From Methyloceanibacter sp. (GTDB taxonomy: Bacteria > Pseudomonadota > Alphaproteobacteria > Rhizobiales > Methyloligellaceae), in contig NZ_JBPPND010000071.1 in the NCBI RefSeq assembly GCF_051306395.1, positions 1,437-65,436 of the forward strand: DNA of 64,000 bases. Direction: 5' to 3'. Shown here piece by piece: positions 19,176-27,530 of this stretch. The translations under genes and the position numbers were made by a program. The notes beneath the pieces were generated by a model that searched no databases, was not told where the DNA came from, and saw only the letters and a program-made list of their open reading frames with translations. The first letter of the stretch is position 1. The number at the start of each line of letters is the position of its first letter.

Positions 19176-20333
19176 CTAAGCGCGCAGCCTCGCCGTCAAA
19201 TCGCCGAGGAATTTCAAGCACGCTTCGAGCTGCGTGATCGCCACGAACTCATCGGCTGCATGCGCTTGTGCGATGTCGCCGGGCCCGCACACCACGGAAG
19301 CGCAGCCGGCTTGCTCGAACAGACCGGCTTCCGTGGCATAGGACACGCCGCTGGTGCGATTCGCGCCGGTGAGCGCCATCGCAAGGTTCACGGCCTCCGA
19401 CCGGGGCGGGGCCGAGAAGGCCGGCACGGACGTCTGGCTCTCGGTTTCCACCGCGGCTTCGGGCGCGACTTTTCGCATCGCAGGCAGCAGGTCGCGCGCG
19501 GCAAAGGCGGCCAACGTGTCGGGGACGTCGTCTACTTCCGCCCCTGGTAGACTCCTGATTTGCCAACGGAATGCACAAGTCTTCGGCACAATGTTCGGCG
19601 CGCTGCCGCCCTCGATCATGCCGACGCTCATTGTGGAATAAGGCGGTTCGAAGCGGGGATCGTTCTCCTTTTCGGCAAGCTCGGCCGCCATGCGGTCGAT
19701 CTCGTCGACGAGCTTCGCCGCAACGGAAATCGCGTTGACCCCGATGGCGGGCAGGCTCGAATGGGCTTCCTTGCCGGTGATGGTGGTGCGGTAGACGTCG
19801 ATGCGCTTGTGTCCGTCGATCACTTGCATGCTGGTCGGCTCGCCGATGATCACCACGCGCGGCTGGGGCAGGTCCGCGCCGATACGCGCGATCAGCGGCC
19901 GCACCCCGGCGCAGCCCACCTCTTCGTCATAGGAGATGATGATGTGGATCGGCTCTTTCAGCACCACCGACTTGAACAGCGGCACCGAGGCGAGCACGCA
20001 GGCGATGAAACCCTTCATGTCGCATGTGCCGCGTCCGTAGAGCTTGCCGTCCCGTTCCGTCAGCGTGAAGGGGTCGCTCGTCCATTTCTGTCCTGTGACG
20101 GGCACGCAATCGCTGTGGCCGGAAAGACCGATGCCGCCCGCGCCCCCGCCGATCGTGGCGAAGAGACATGCCTTCTTGCCGTCCTCGCTCGGAACCAGCG
20201 TCGAGGCGACGCCGTGGCCGTCCAGATAGTCTTGAACGAAGGCGATCAAATCGAGATTCGATTTCGCGCTCGTGGTGTCGAAGCCGACGAGCTTTGTAAG
20301 CAGCTCGACGGGGGCGGATTGATTGACCACCAA
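19176..20333 (-). CDS. argE: Acetylornithine deacetylase (M20 family)
   Basis: LSGHSDCVP, GRGTCDMKGF, YDEEVGC, GEPT and AHSS motifs. Confidence 0.9.
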   Translation of the reverse strand: MVVNQSAPVELLTKLVGFDTTSAKSNLDLIAFVQDYLDGHGVASTLVPSEDGKKACLFATIGGGAGGIGLSGHSDCVPVTGQKWTSDPFTLTERDGKLYGRGTCDMKGFIACVLASVPLFKSVVLKEPIHIIISYDEEVGCAGVRPLIARIGADLPQPRVVIIGEPTSMQVIDGHKRIDVYRTTITGKEAHSSLPAIGVNAISVAAKLVDEIDRMAAELAEKENDPRFEPPYSTMSVGMIEGGSAPNIVPKTCAFRWQIRSLPGAEVDDVPDTLAAFAARDLLPAMRKVAPEAAVETESQTSVPAFSAPPRSEAVNLAMALTGANRTSGVSYATEAGLFEQAGCASVVCGPGDIAQAHAADEFVAITQLEACLKFLGDLTARLRA

Positions 20334-20372
20334 GGAAATCCTTTAAGATGATCGTGAGTTGCTTCGTTGCGG

Positions 20373-20648
20373 CTAGACGGCGCGGCCAAATCGCTCCGCC
20401 GACCTCGTCCGTGCTTTGAGGGCCTCAACCTCGCGATCGCGCGGCGGGGCGTTCGTCACAAGGCTATCGAGCAGCTCACGCGCTGCCTCCGAAACCTTAT
20501 CGACTGCGCGATGGAAGGCGATCTCGTTGGCCTTGGACGGCGTGGTGCAGCCACTCAGCTTCCGGACGAACTGGAGTGCGGATGCACGGACCTCCGCGTC
20601 CGTGGCGGGCGGTTCGAAGTTATGCAGCGTCTTGATGTTTCGGCACAT
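20373..20648 (-). CDS. DUF2277 family protein
   Basis: MCRNIKTLHNFEPPATDAEVRASALQFVRKLSG. Confidence 0.85.
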   Translation of the reverse strand: MCRNIKTLHNFEPPATDAEVRASALQFVRKLSGCTTPSKANEIAFHRAVDKVSEAARELLDSLVTNAPPRDREVEALKARTRSAERFGRAV

Positions 20649-20723
20649 GATCGGGACCCATAGGGAAGACGACGACGCGGAGCAGGGTGGCATACGGTAT
20701 CGCCGCCCCGCAAGGCATAGGCC

Positions 20724-21932
20724 TCACCGACCGTGCGCAGCGGTGAGCGCCTGGTCGAGATCGGCCTCCAGGTCGCTCGGCTCCTCCAGCCCGATGGAAA
20801 GCCGGATCGTGTTGTCGAAAATGCCGAGCTCCGCGCGGGCCTCGTCCGTCAAGCGTTGATGCGTCGTGGTCGACGGATGAGTGGCGAGGCTCTTCGCGTC
20901 GCCGAGATTGTTGCTGATCTTGAACAAATCCAGGGCGTTCAGCGCCGCGAAGGCGGCGTCCTTGCCGCTCTTGACCTCGAAGGCGACCATCGGCCCGCCA
21001 TTGGCCATCTGCTTCTTGGCGAGGTCGTGCTGAGGATGGTCGGCCCGGCCGGGATAGAACACGCGTTCGACCTCTGCGCGGACCGCAAGAAAGTCGGCGA
21101 TGCGTGCCGCGGATGAGCAATGGCGTTCGACGCGCAGAGGCAATGTCTCCAAACCTTTGAGCAGCACCCAGGCGTTGAACGGGCTGAGCGAAGGCCCCGT
21201 GTGCTTGAGATAAGTGTGCAGGGTCTCGTTGATGAACTCGTCAGGACCGAGCACCACGCCGCCGAGACAGCGCCCTTGGCCGTCGATATGCTTGGTGGCG
21301 GAATAGACGACGATATCGGCGCCGAGCGGAATCGGCCGCTGACCGAGCGGTGTGGCGAACACGTTGTCGACCACGGTCATCGCGCCGGCCTTTTTGGCGA
21401 TTCTAGCCACGGCTTCGATGTCCACCAGCTCAAGCACCGGATTGGTCGGCGTCTCGAAAAAGAAGGCCCGCGTATTGGGCTGCACCGCCGCGTCCCAGGC
21501 GGCAAGGTCACGCCCATCCACCAGCGTCGAGGTGATGCCGAAGCGCGGCAGCAGATCCTCCACGATATAGCGGCAGCTGCCGAACAGCGCGCGCGCCGAG
21601 ACCACGTGGTCTCCCGCCTTGAGATGACACAGCAGGGACGCGGCGACGGCCGCCATGCCGCTCGCCATGCCGCGTGCCGCCTCCGCGCCTTCCAGTGCGC
21701 ACATGCGGTCCTCGAACATGGAGACGGTGGGATTGGCGTAGCGGCTATAGACATAGCCCTCCGCCTCGCCCTTGAACCGGGCCTCCGCCTCCTCGGCGCT
21801 GTCATAGACATAGCCAGAGTTGAGGAAGATGGCCTCCGACGTCTCACCGAATTGGCTGCGCCGCGTGCCCTCATGCACAAGCTGGGTGGCGGGCGCCCAG
21901 GCCTTGCGGCGGCCTGTCCTGTCTGCGGCCAT
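20724..21932 (-). CDS. metZ: O-succinylhomoserine sulfhydrylase
   Basis: YSRYANPTV, VDNVFATP, YSATKHIDGQGR and ISNNLGDAKSL motifs; SAM-II riboswitch upstream. Confidence 0.93.
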   Translation of the reverse strand: MAADRTGRRKAWAPATQLVHEGTRRSQFGETSEAIFLNSGYVYDSAEEAEARFKGEAEGYVYSRYANPTVSMFEDRMCALEGAEAARGMASGMAAVAASLLCHLKAGDHVVSARALFGSCRYIVEDLLPRFGITSTLVDGRDLAAWDAAVQPNTRAFFFETPTNPVLELVDIEAVARIAKKAGAMTVVDNVFATPLGQRPIPLGADIVVYSATKHIDGQGRCLGGVVLGPDEFINETLHTYLKHTGPSLSPFNAWVLLKGLETLPLRVERHCSSAARIADFLAVRAEVERVFYPGRADHPQHDLAKKQMANGGPMVAFEVKSGKDAAFAALNALDLFKISNNLGDAKSLATHPSTTTHQRLTDEARAELGIFDNTIRLSIGLEEPSDLEADLDQALTAAHGR

Positions 21933-21967
21933 GCTCAGAACTCCTGCCTCTGTTTACGGCCGGCCAT

Positions 21968-22006
21968 AAAAAAACCCGGACCTTGGCTGCCGCCAAATGA
22001 CCGGGA
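21968..22006 (-). terminator. Intrinsic terminator in the metZ leader (riboswitch expression platform)
   Basis: Minus strand: CCCGG...TTGG-CGGCAG-CCAA...CCGGG followed by a run of T. Confidence 0.7.
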
Positions 22007-22021
22007 TCGGCTGAAACGCCT

Positions 22022-22087
22022 CGCACGGCCTTTTAGCGACTTATTTTACGTGGCTGCAAGCCGGCCGGCCAAATCACCACGAGAGGG
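22022..22087 (-). ncRNA. SAM-II (SAM-alpha) riboswitch
   Basis: Minus strand CGTGGTGATTTGGCCGGCCGGCTTGCAGCCACGTAAAATAAGTCGCTAAAAGG matches the SAM-alpha pattern; lies upstream of metZ. Confidence 0.9.
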
Positions 22088-22115
22088 CGATTAATGTCGC
22101 GGGCGGGCGTCCGCG

Positions 22116-22552
22116 TCAAGTCTGCCAGGTGAGGGCTACGAGGAAGCTCAGTACGGCAAGAGCGCCCAGCGCCGTGCGAGCGGCATGGAGCCAGTTCCAT
22201 TTTTGGATGAGACGCGAGTTTTCGCATCCGCCTTGGCGGGATCGCTCGCCATCAAGGCATTATTGGTCGGCATGAGAACGATGAGGGTGTATGGCCAGTT
22301 GGAAAGCATCAGCAGGCCACCGGCCAGGAAGCCCATGACGCCCGTCTGCCACCAAGCCGCGGCTCCGAAGAGAAACCCGAGCACCGCCAGGCTGGCTTGC
22401 ATGACGAAGCCGCGCTTATAGGCGGGCTTCCATTGGGTCAGGAGCCCCCGGTCGTCGAGACGGAGCCGAGCGGGCTGTTCGGCGAAATTGATGTAGAAGG
22501 CGGCGCCTGTGAACAGAGCCGCGACCGTGAGAGCAAGGTAGCTTAAAACCAT
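22116..22552 (-). pseudogene. DUF1772-family membrane protein, apparently frameshifted near 22210
   Basis: GGAGG RBS, MVLSYLALTVAALFTGAAFYINFAEQPAR...; the family-like ending IQKWNWLHAARTALG is in another frame, ending TGA at 22116. Confidence 0.7.
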
Positions 22553-22643
22553 GGTGCCTCCGGCCCGTGACCCCTTGTGAATCCAGGGGAGAAGGCCGAG
22601 CTTAGGGTGACCGAAGCCCAGGCAAATGCCAAGAAGATCGACC

Positions 22644-23837
22644 ATGAACCAGTCCGACCAGCTTTTCGAGGCGCTACCCGAAGACGCCCGCGCCCTCCCC
22701 GGGGAGGGCCGCAAGGGCGCGCTCGGCCGGACCGGCATTCTGCCGAGCCAGGCGCTTCGGCAGCTCATCGCTGCGGGCGAGATCGCCGGCGCGCCGGCGA
22801 TCGAGGACGGGCAGATCCAGCCCGCGAGCCTCGACCTTCGCCTCGGCAAGGTGGCCTACCGGGTCCGCGCGAGCTTCCTGCCGGGCACCAAGGCCACCGT
22901 GCGCGACAAGCTGGCGGGGCTCACCTTCCACGAGATCGATCTCACCAAAGGCGCGGTGCTCGAAGCGGGCTGCGTCTACCTCGTGCCTTTGATCGAGCAT
23001 CTGAATCTTCGTTCGACCATCGCCGCCTTCGCCAATCCGAAAAGCTCGACCGGCCGGCTCGACGTGTTTACGCGCCTCATCGCCGACTATCAGGAAAGTT
23101 TCGACAGCGTGGCCGAAGGCTATAAAGGGCCGCTGTTCACCGAGATCTGCCCGCGCACCTTCTCCATCAAGGTCCGCTACGGTTCGCGCCTCAATCAAAT
23201 CCGCTTCCGCCGCCGCGTCAGCCAGCAAATCGACGCCGAGGCGCCGGGCCGCGTGGGCGACCGGCGCTTGCGGGCGATCCACTCCGACGTCGGGCTTGTC
23301 GAAGGCGAGGCGGCGATCCGCGATGGGTTGAACTTGCGCATCAGCCTCGCGCCGATCGAGGCCGGCGGATTGATCGGCTATCGCGCTCGCCGCTATGCTG
23401 GCGTCATCGACGTGGACAATGTCGGCGGTTACGACGTGGAGCAATATTGGGAGGCGGTGCGTCTTGGCGGAGACAAGCGGCTCGTGCTCGATCCGCACGA
23501 GTTCTACATCCTAGCCTCCAAGGAAAGCGTATCCGTGCCGCCGGAATATGTGGCCGAGATGGCGCCGTTCGATCCCATGATCGGGGAGTACCGCGTTCAC
23601 TATGCGGGCTTCTTCGACCCCGGCTTCGGCTATGCGGAGGGCAAAGCGCCCGGCGCCAAAGCGGTGCTCGAAGTCCGCAGTCTCGACATCCCCTTCATCG
23701 TCGAGGACGGTCAGATCGTCGGCCGGCTCATCTACGATAAGCTGACCGAGGTGCCGGAAACCCTTTACGGCCAGGGCATCGGCTCGCATTATCAGGCCCA
23801 GGGGCTGAAGCTGTCGAAGCACTTCCGCCAGGAGTGA
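22644..23837 (+). CDS. dcd: 2'-deoxycytidine 5'-triphosphate deaminase (alphaproteobacterial long form)
   Basis: IQPASLDLRLG, NPKSSTGRLDVFTR and HYAGFFDPGFG motifs. Confidence 0.88.
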   Translation: MNQSDQLFEALPEDARALPGEGRKGALGRTGILPSQALRQLIAAGEIAGAPAIEDGQIQPASLDLRLGKVAYRVRASFLPGTKATVRDKLAGLTFHEIDLTKGAVLEAGCVYLVPLIEHLNLRSTIAAFANPKSSTGRLDVFTRLIADYQESFDSVAEGYKGPLFTEICPRTFSIKVRYGSRLNQIRFRRRVSQQIDAEAPGRVGDRRLRAIHSDVGLVEGEAAIRDGLNLRISLAPIEAGGLIGYRARRYAGVIDVDNVGGYDVEQYWEAVRLGGDKRLVLDPHEFYILASKESVSVPPEYVAEMAPFDPMIGEYRVHYAGFFDPGFGYAEGKAPGAKAVLEVRSLDIPFIVEDGQIVGRLIYDKLTEVPETLYGQGIGSHYQAQGLKLSKHFRQE

Positions 23838-23892
23838 GCCGTTAAGGGAAGCGGGCGGCAGCCAATAATCAGATAAAAGCGGGGGGCGTAGC

Positions 23893-25254
23893 ATGGAGTC
23901 TGTCACCAAGGCTGTGGAGTGGCTGAGCGGCATCGTGTGGGGCGTCCCCATGCTGGTGCTCCTGCTCGGCGTCGGTCTCTACCTGACGTTTGGCTTGCGC
24001 CTCCGCACTCTGCGCGATCTGCCGCTTGCCTTTTGGATGCTGTGGCGCGGCCGCGTGGCCGAAGGCAAAGGCGAGATCACCCCGTTCAACGCCCTGATGA
24101 CCGCGCTCGCGGCGACCATCGGCACGGGCAACATTGCCGGCGTCGCCACGGCGATCTTCATCGGCGGCCCTGGCGCCGTGTTCTGGATGTGGATGACGGC
24201 GCTTGTCGGCATGGCCACCAAGTTTGCCGAGGCCGTGCTGGCGGTGCACTACCGCGAGGTCGACGAGCGCGGCAAATATGTCGGCGGTCCGATGTACTAC
24301 ATCAAAAATGGCATGGGAGCCCGCTGGGCGTGGCTGGGCACGTGCTTCGCGGTGTTCGCGGGCTTCGCCGGTTTCGGCATCGGCAACATGGTGCAGGCCA
24401 ATTCGGTGGCGGACGCGCTGGAGGCGGCGTTTGGTCTGCCGTTCTGGGTGACAGGTGTCATGCTCGCCCTCCTCACCGGCCTCGTCCTGGTCGGCGGCAT
24501 TCACCGCATCGGCGCGGTCGCCGGCAAGCTCGTGCCGTTCATGGCCATCAGCTACATTGTCGCCGGGACCATCGTGCTGATCCTCCATGCCGACGCCATT
24601 CCCGGAGCTTTCGGCCTGATCTTTAGCCACGCCTTCTCGCCCATCGCGGCGACGGGCGGCTTTGCCGGCGCCGCCGTCTGGGCGGCTATCCGCTTCGGCG
24701 TGGCGCGCGGCGTGTTCTCGAACGAGGCGGGACTTGGCTCGGCGCCCATCGCCCATGCCGCGGCGAAGTGCAAAGGCCCGGTCAGCCAGGGCCTCGTCGC
24801 CATGCTCGGCACTTTCATCGACACGATTCTCGTGTGCTCGTTCACCGCGTTGGTGATCCTGAGCACTGGCGCCTGGACCAGCGGCAAGAACGGCGCGGAG
24901 CTCACCTCGCTCGCCTTCGAGACGGCGCTCCCCGGCATCGGCAGCATGATCACGTCGCTCGCGCTCGCCATCTTCGCCTTCACGACCTTGGTCGGCTGGA
25001 GCTATTACAGCGAGCGCGCCTGGCAATATCTGTTGGGCGTCAAATCCATCGTGCCGTTCCGGGTCATCTGGTCGCTTGCGCCGATTGTCGGCGCCACCGT
25101 GAAGCTGAGCTTCGTCTGGCTGCTCGCCGACGTGTTGAACGCGCTCATGGCGATCCCGAACCTCATCGCGTTGGCCGTGCTCAGCCCGGTTGTGTTCAGC
25201 GCCGCGCGCGAGTTCTTCAAGACTCGCGGCAAGTCGGAGAACAACCCGTTCTAG
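23893..25254 (+). CDS. Alanine/glycine:cation symporter (AGCS family)
   Basis: ATIGTGNIAGVATAI, GGPGAVFWMW and RGVFSNEAGLGS motifs. Confidence 0.94.
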   Translation: MESVTKAVEWLSGIVWGVPMLVLLLGVGLYLTFGLRLRTLRDLPLAFWMLWRGRVAEGKGEITPFNALMTALAATIGTGNIAGVATAIFIGGPGAVFWMWMTALVGMATKFAEAVLAVHYREVDERGKYVGGPMYYIKNGMGARWAWLGTCFAVFAGFAGFGIGNMVQANSVADALEAAFGLPFWVTGVMLALLTGLVLVGGIHRIGAVAGKLVPFMAISYIVAGTIVLILHADAIPGAFGLIFSHAFSPIAATGGFAGAAVWAAIRFGVARGVFSNEAGLGSAPIAHAAAKCKGPVSQGLVAMLGTFIDTILVCSFTALVILSTGAWTSGKNGAELTSLAFETALPGIGSMITSLALAIFAFTTLVGWSYYSERAWQYLLGVKSIVPFRVIWSLAPIVGATVKLSFVWLLADVLNALMAIPNLIALAVLSPVVFSAAREFFKTRGKSENNPF

Positions 25255-25260
25255 GCGCTG

Positions 25261-25509
25261 CTATCCCGCAATGCCGTTCACGCCGTCGGCCCACATCAGG
25301 AGGCCGAACGCCAAGGCGTTGACCACCATCCAGAGCAGCGTCAGGAGCGAGACGCGCAGCAGCATGGATCTATCGACGGAATTCTGCTTTGCCCGACTGC
25401 GGTACCAGAACGCCAGCGCCACCATGGGCAGCAGCACCAAGGCGAGGCAGAACCCAAGATACCAGCCCCGTACCGTGGGGTCCGCCAAGCTCTGTGCAAT
25501 CGCGTTCAT
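25261..25509 (-). CDS. Small two-TM hypothetical protein (paralog of 25593-25973)
   Basis: MNAIAQSLADPTVRGWYLGFCLAL...NALAFGLLMWADG. Confidence 0.8.
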   Translation of the reverse strand: MNAIAQSLADPTVRGWYLGFCLALVLLPMVALAFWYRSRAKQNSVDRSMLLRVSLLTLLWMVVNALAFGLLMWADGVNGIAG

Positions 25510-25592
25510 GGGCAAAGTCCTCGATGATCGTGAAGAAAGGCAGGGACCAGTAGCGTGTCTATGACGCGAGGGCCATACGCCGGAGCGGCCCG

Positions 25593-25973
25593 TTATTCGA
25601 CGACGCGATTGATCTCGTCCGCCCAGATCAGAATGCCGAAGGCGATAGCGTTGAGAACAACCCATGCGCCGGTGAACCAATAGACACGGCTCATCATGGC
25701 CTTCGCGTGCCGGCCGTACCGGCCCGCATTGATGTCCTGCATGATCGATACGCCGTCTCCGGCGTTGTAGGCGGCGTCAGCCAGAGACCCGCGCGCCCAT
25801 ATCCGAGATCCCCGTTGCCTCCGCATCAGGGCCCGTCCGCCGGGACTGTGTCGGATGCCCCGGTGAAACCAGACGGAGAGCGCCACCATCGGTAGGAGGA
25901 GCAGCGCGAGGCAGCCGATGAGGTACCAGCCGCGAACAGTCGGGTCTAAGAAAGCGTGAGCGATGGCATCCAT
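25593..25973 (-). CDS. Small two-TM hypothetical protein (paralog of 25261-25509)
   Basis: MDAIAHAFLDPTVRGWYLIGCLAL...NAIAFGILIWADE. Confidence 0.8.
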   Translation of the reverse strand: MDAIAHAFLDPTVRGWYLIGCLALLLLPMVALSVWFHRGIRHSPGGRALMRRQRGSRIWARGSLADAAYNAGDGVSIMQDINAGRYGRHAKAMMSRVYWFTGAWVVLNAIAFGILIWADEINRVVE

Positions 25974-26106
25974 GGGTTCATTCTATAGGCGCGCCCGAGC
26001 GGAACAACGCCGATCCCGTGCGTTGCTGTCTGAGTGGCGAAAGCGTAATCCGTATGCGATGCTTCGCCGCTAACGGATTTTGCGAGGGTTTCGGGGGGAG
26101 GCCGAC

Positions 26107-26742
26107 ATGAAACATGCCGCAATCGTGCTTGCGTTTGCCTTGGCGGCGGGTGCGGGGTTCGGGGGAGCCGGCGCCGCGGAGGATTTGACAGGGCTGGCGA
26201 AGCAGGCGGAAAGCGAAGCCAAGGACGGCAAGAACCTCGAAGCCTACGACACGATGCGCAAGGCCGCCCTTCAGGTATGGCAGTCGGGGCCGCTTCTGTT
26301 CCGCAAGGCCATTTTCGTCACCAAGGCGCCCGAGGGCTTCGGCATCTACGATCCGCGCCCCGAGGGCGCCTTCAAGCCCGGCGAGAAGCTGTTCATCTAT
26401 GTCGAGCCGGTGGGTTTCACCTGGCAGGAGAAAGACGGCCTGAACCATGCTCAGCTTGTCGCCGATCTCGTTCTCAAGGACGACGAGGGCACCGTGCTCG
26501 GCGAGCAGGAGGGGTTCGGAACCTTCACCTTTGACAGCCGTGACGAGAACATGGAGGTGATGACCGCGCTCACCATCGATTTCACCGAGGCACCGGCCGG
26601 GAAATATGCGGCGGAGCTGAAATTCACCGACAAGCCCGGCGACAAGTCGGCGACCTTCGAGCTGCCCTTCGAAATCAAGGCAGAAGGCGATGCGTCGTCG
26701 GATGATAGCTCGGAGGACGACACCTCAAGCGCGCAGCCGTAG
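26107..26742 (+). CDS. Exported acidic hypothetical protein
   Basis: GGGGAGG RBS; signal peptide MKHAAIVLAFALAAGAGFGGAGA; beta-rich C-terminal half. Confidence 0.75.
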   Translation: MKHAAIVLAFALAAGAGFGGAGAAEDLTGLAKQAESEAKDGKNLEAYDTMRKAALQVWQSGPLLFRKAIFVTKAPEGFGIYDPRPEGAFKPGEKLFIYVEPVGFTWQEKDGLNHAQLVADLVLKDDEGTVLGEQEGFGTFTFDSRDENMEVMTALTIDFTEAPAGKYAAELKFTDKPGDKSATFELPFEIKAEGDASSDDSSEDDTSSAQP

Positions 26743-27510
26743 ATAGGCGACGAGGTCGTCCAGATTGCTGCCCATGCCGTCGGCCTTTACGCTGAGCACT
26801 TCGGGCGGCGCGCCCAACCGGTTCACCCAGAAGGTTTCATAGCCGAACCATTTAGCGCCCGCCGCGTCCCAGCCGGCGAAGGGCACGAATAGGATGCGGT
26901 CGCGGGGCATGCTCAAGGTCTCGATGGCGAGGCGGTAGGCGCGGGGGTCGGGTTTATAGGTGCGCACGGCGTCCGTGCTCAAGGCCTGCTCGAAGGTGCC
27001 TTCGAGCCCCGCGCTCTCGATCGCGGCCCCCAGCATGCGCGGCGTGAAGTTCGAAAGGAACGCAAGCCGGAGCCCCTCCGCCTTCAGAGTCTCCAGCGCC
27101 GCTGGCGCGTCGGGCCAAGCCTTGAGGGTGAGATAGCCGTTCATAATTCTCTCGACCTGACGCGGCGAGAGCACCACGTCCATCGCCTCGGCCGCGTAGA
27201 GCAGGCCATCCCGCGTGACCTTCCAGAAGTCTTCGTACTCGCCGGCCACGGTGCGGAGCCAGGTATATGCGAATTGCCGGTTGCGCCAGAGCTCGCCCAG
27301 TTTCTCGCCCCGGCCCGGCGCCATCGTCTCGAGGCTTTCGAGGATCGGCCGCGGATCGAAGACGGGAAAAGCATCGAACAGGACGAGCTCGATCTTCGCG
27401 TCCTTCTTCGCGTCCTTCTTCGCCTCCTCGGCGCTTGAAACCGAAGGCAGCAACGTGGCGGCAAGCGTGCTTGCGGCCAGGCCAAGCGTATCGCGGCGTG
27501 TTAGCGGCAT
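26725..27510 (-). CDS. Haloacid dehalogenase type II-like HAD hydrolase with Tat signal peptide
   Basis: MPLTRRDTLGL...VSSA; FDAFPVFD, WRNRQFAYTW, YKPDP and WDAAGAKWFG motifs. Confidence 0.82.
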   Translation of the reverse strand: MPLTRRDTLGLAASTLAATLLPSVSSAEEAKKDAKKDAKIELVLFDAFPVFDPRPILESLETMAPGRGEKLGELWRNRQFAYTWLRTVAGEYEDFWKVTRDGLLYAAEAMDVVLSPRQVERIMNGYLTLKAWPDAPAALETLKAEGLRLAFLSNFTPRMLGAAIESAGLEGTFEQALSTDAVRTYKPDPRAYRLAIETLSMPRDRILFVPFAGWDAAGAKWFGYETFWVNRLGAPPEVLSVKADGMGSNLDDLVAYLRLRA

Positions 27511-27530
27511 GAATCGTCCCCGAAGGCAGG

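Noticed and set aside
23838-23892. Expected glycine riboswitch before the AGCS symporter
   Set aside because: The gap is only 55 bp and has no glycine aptamer motif
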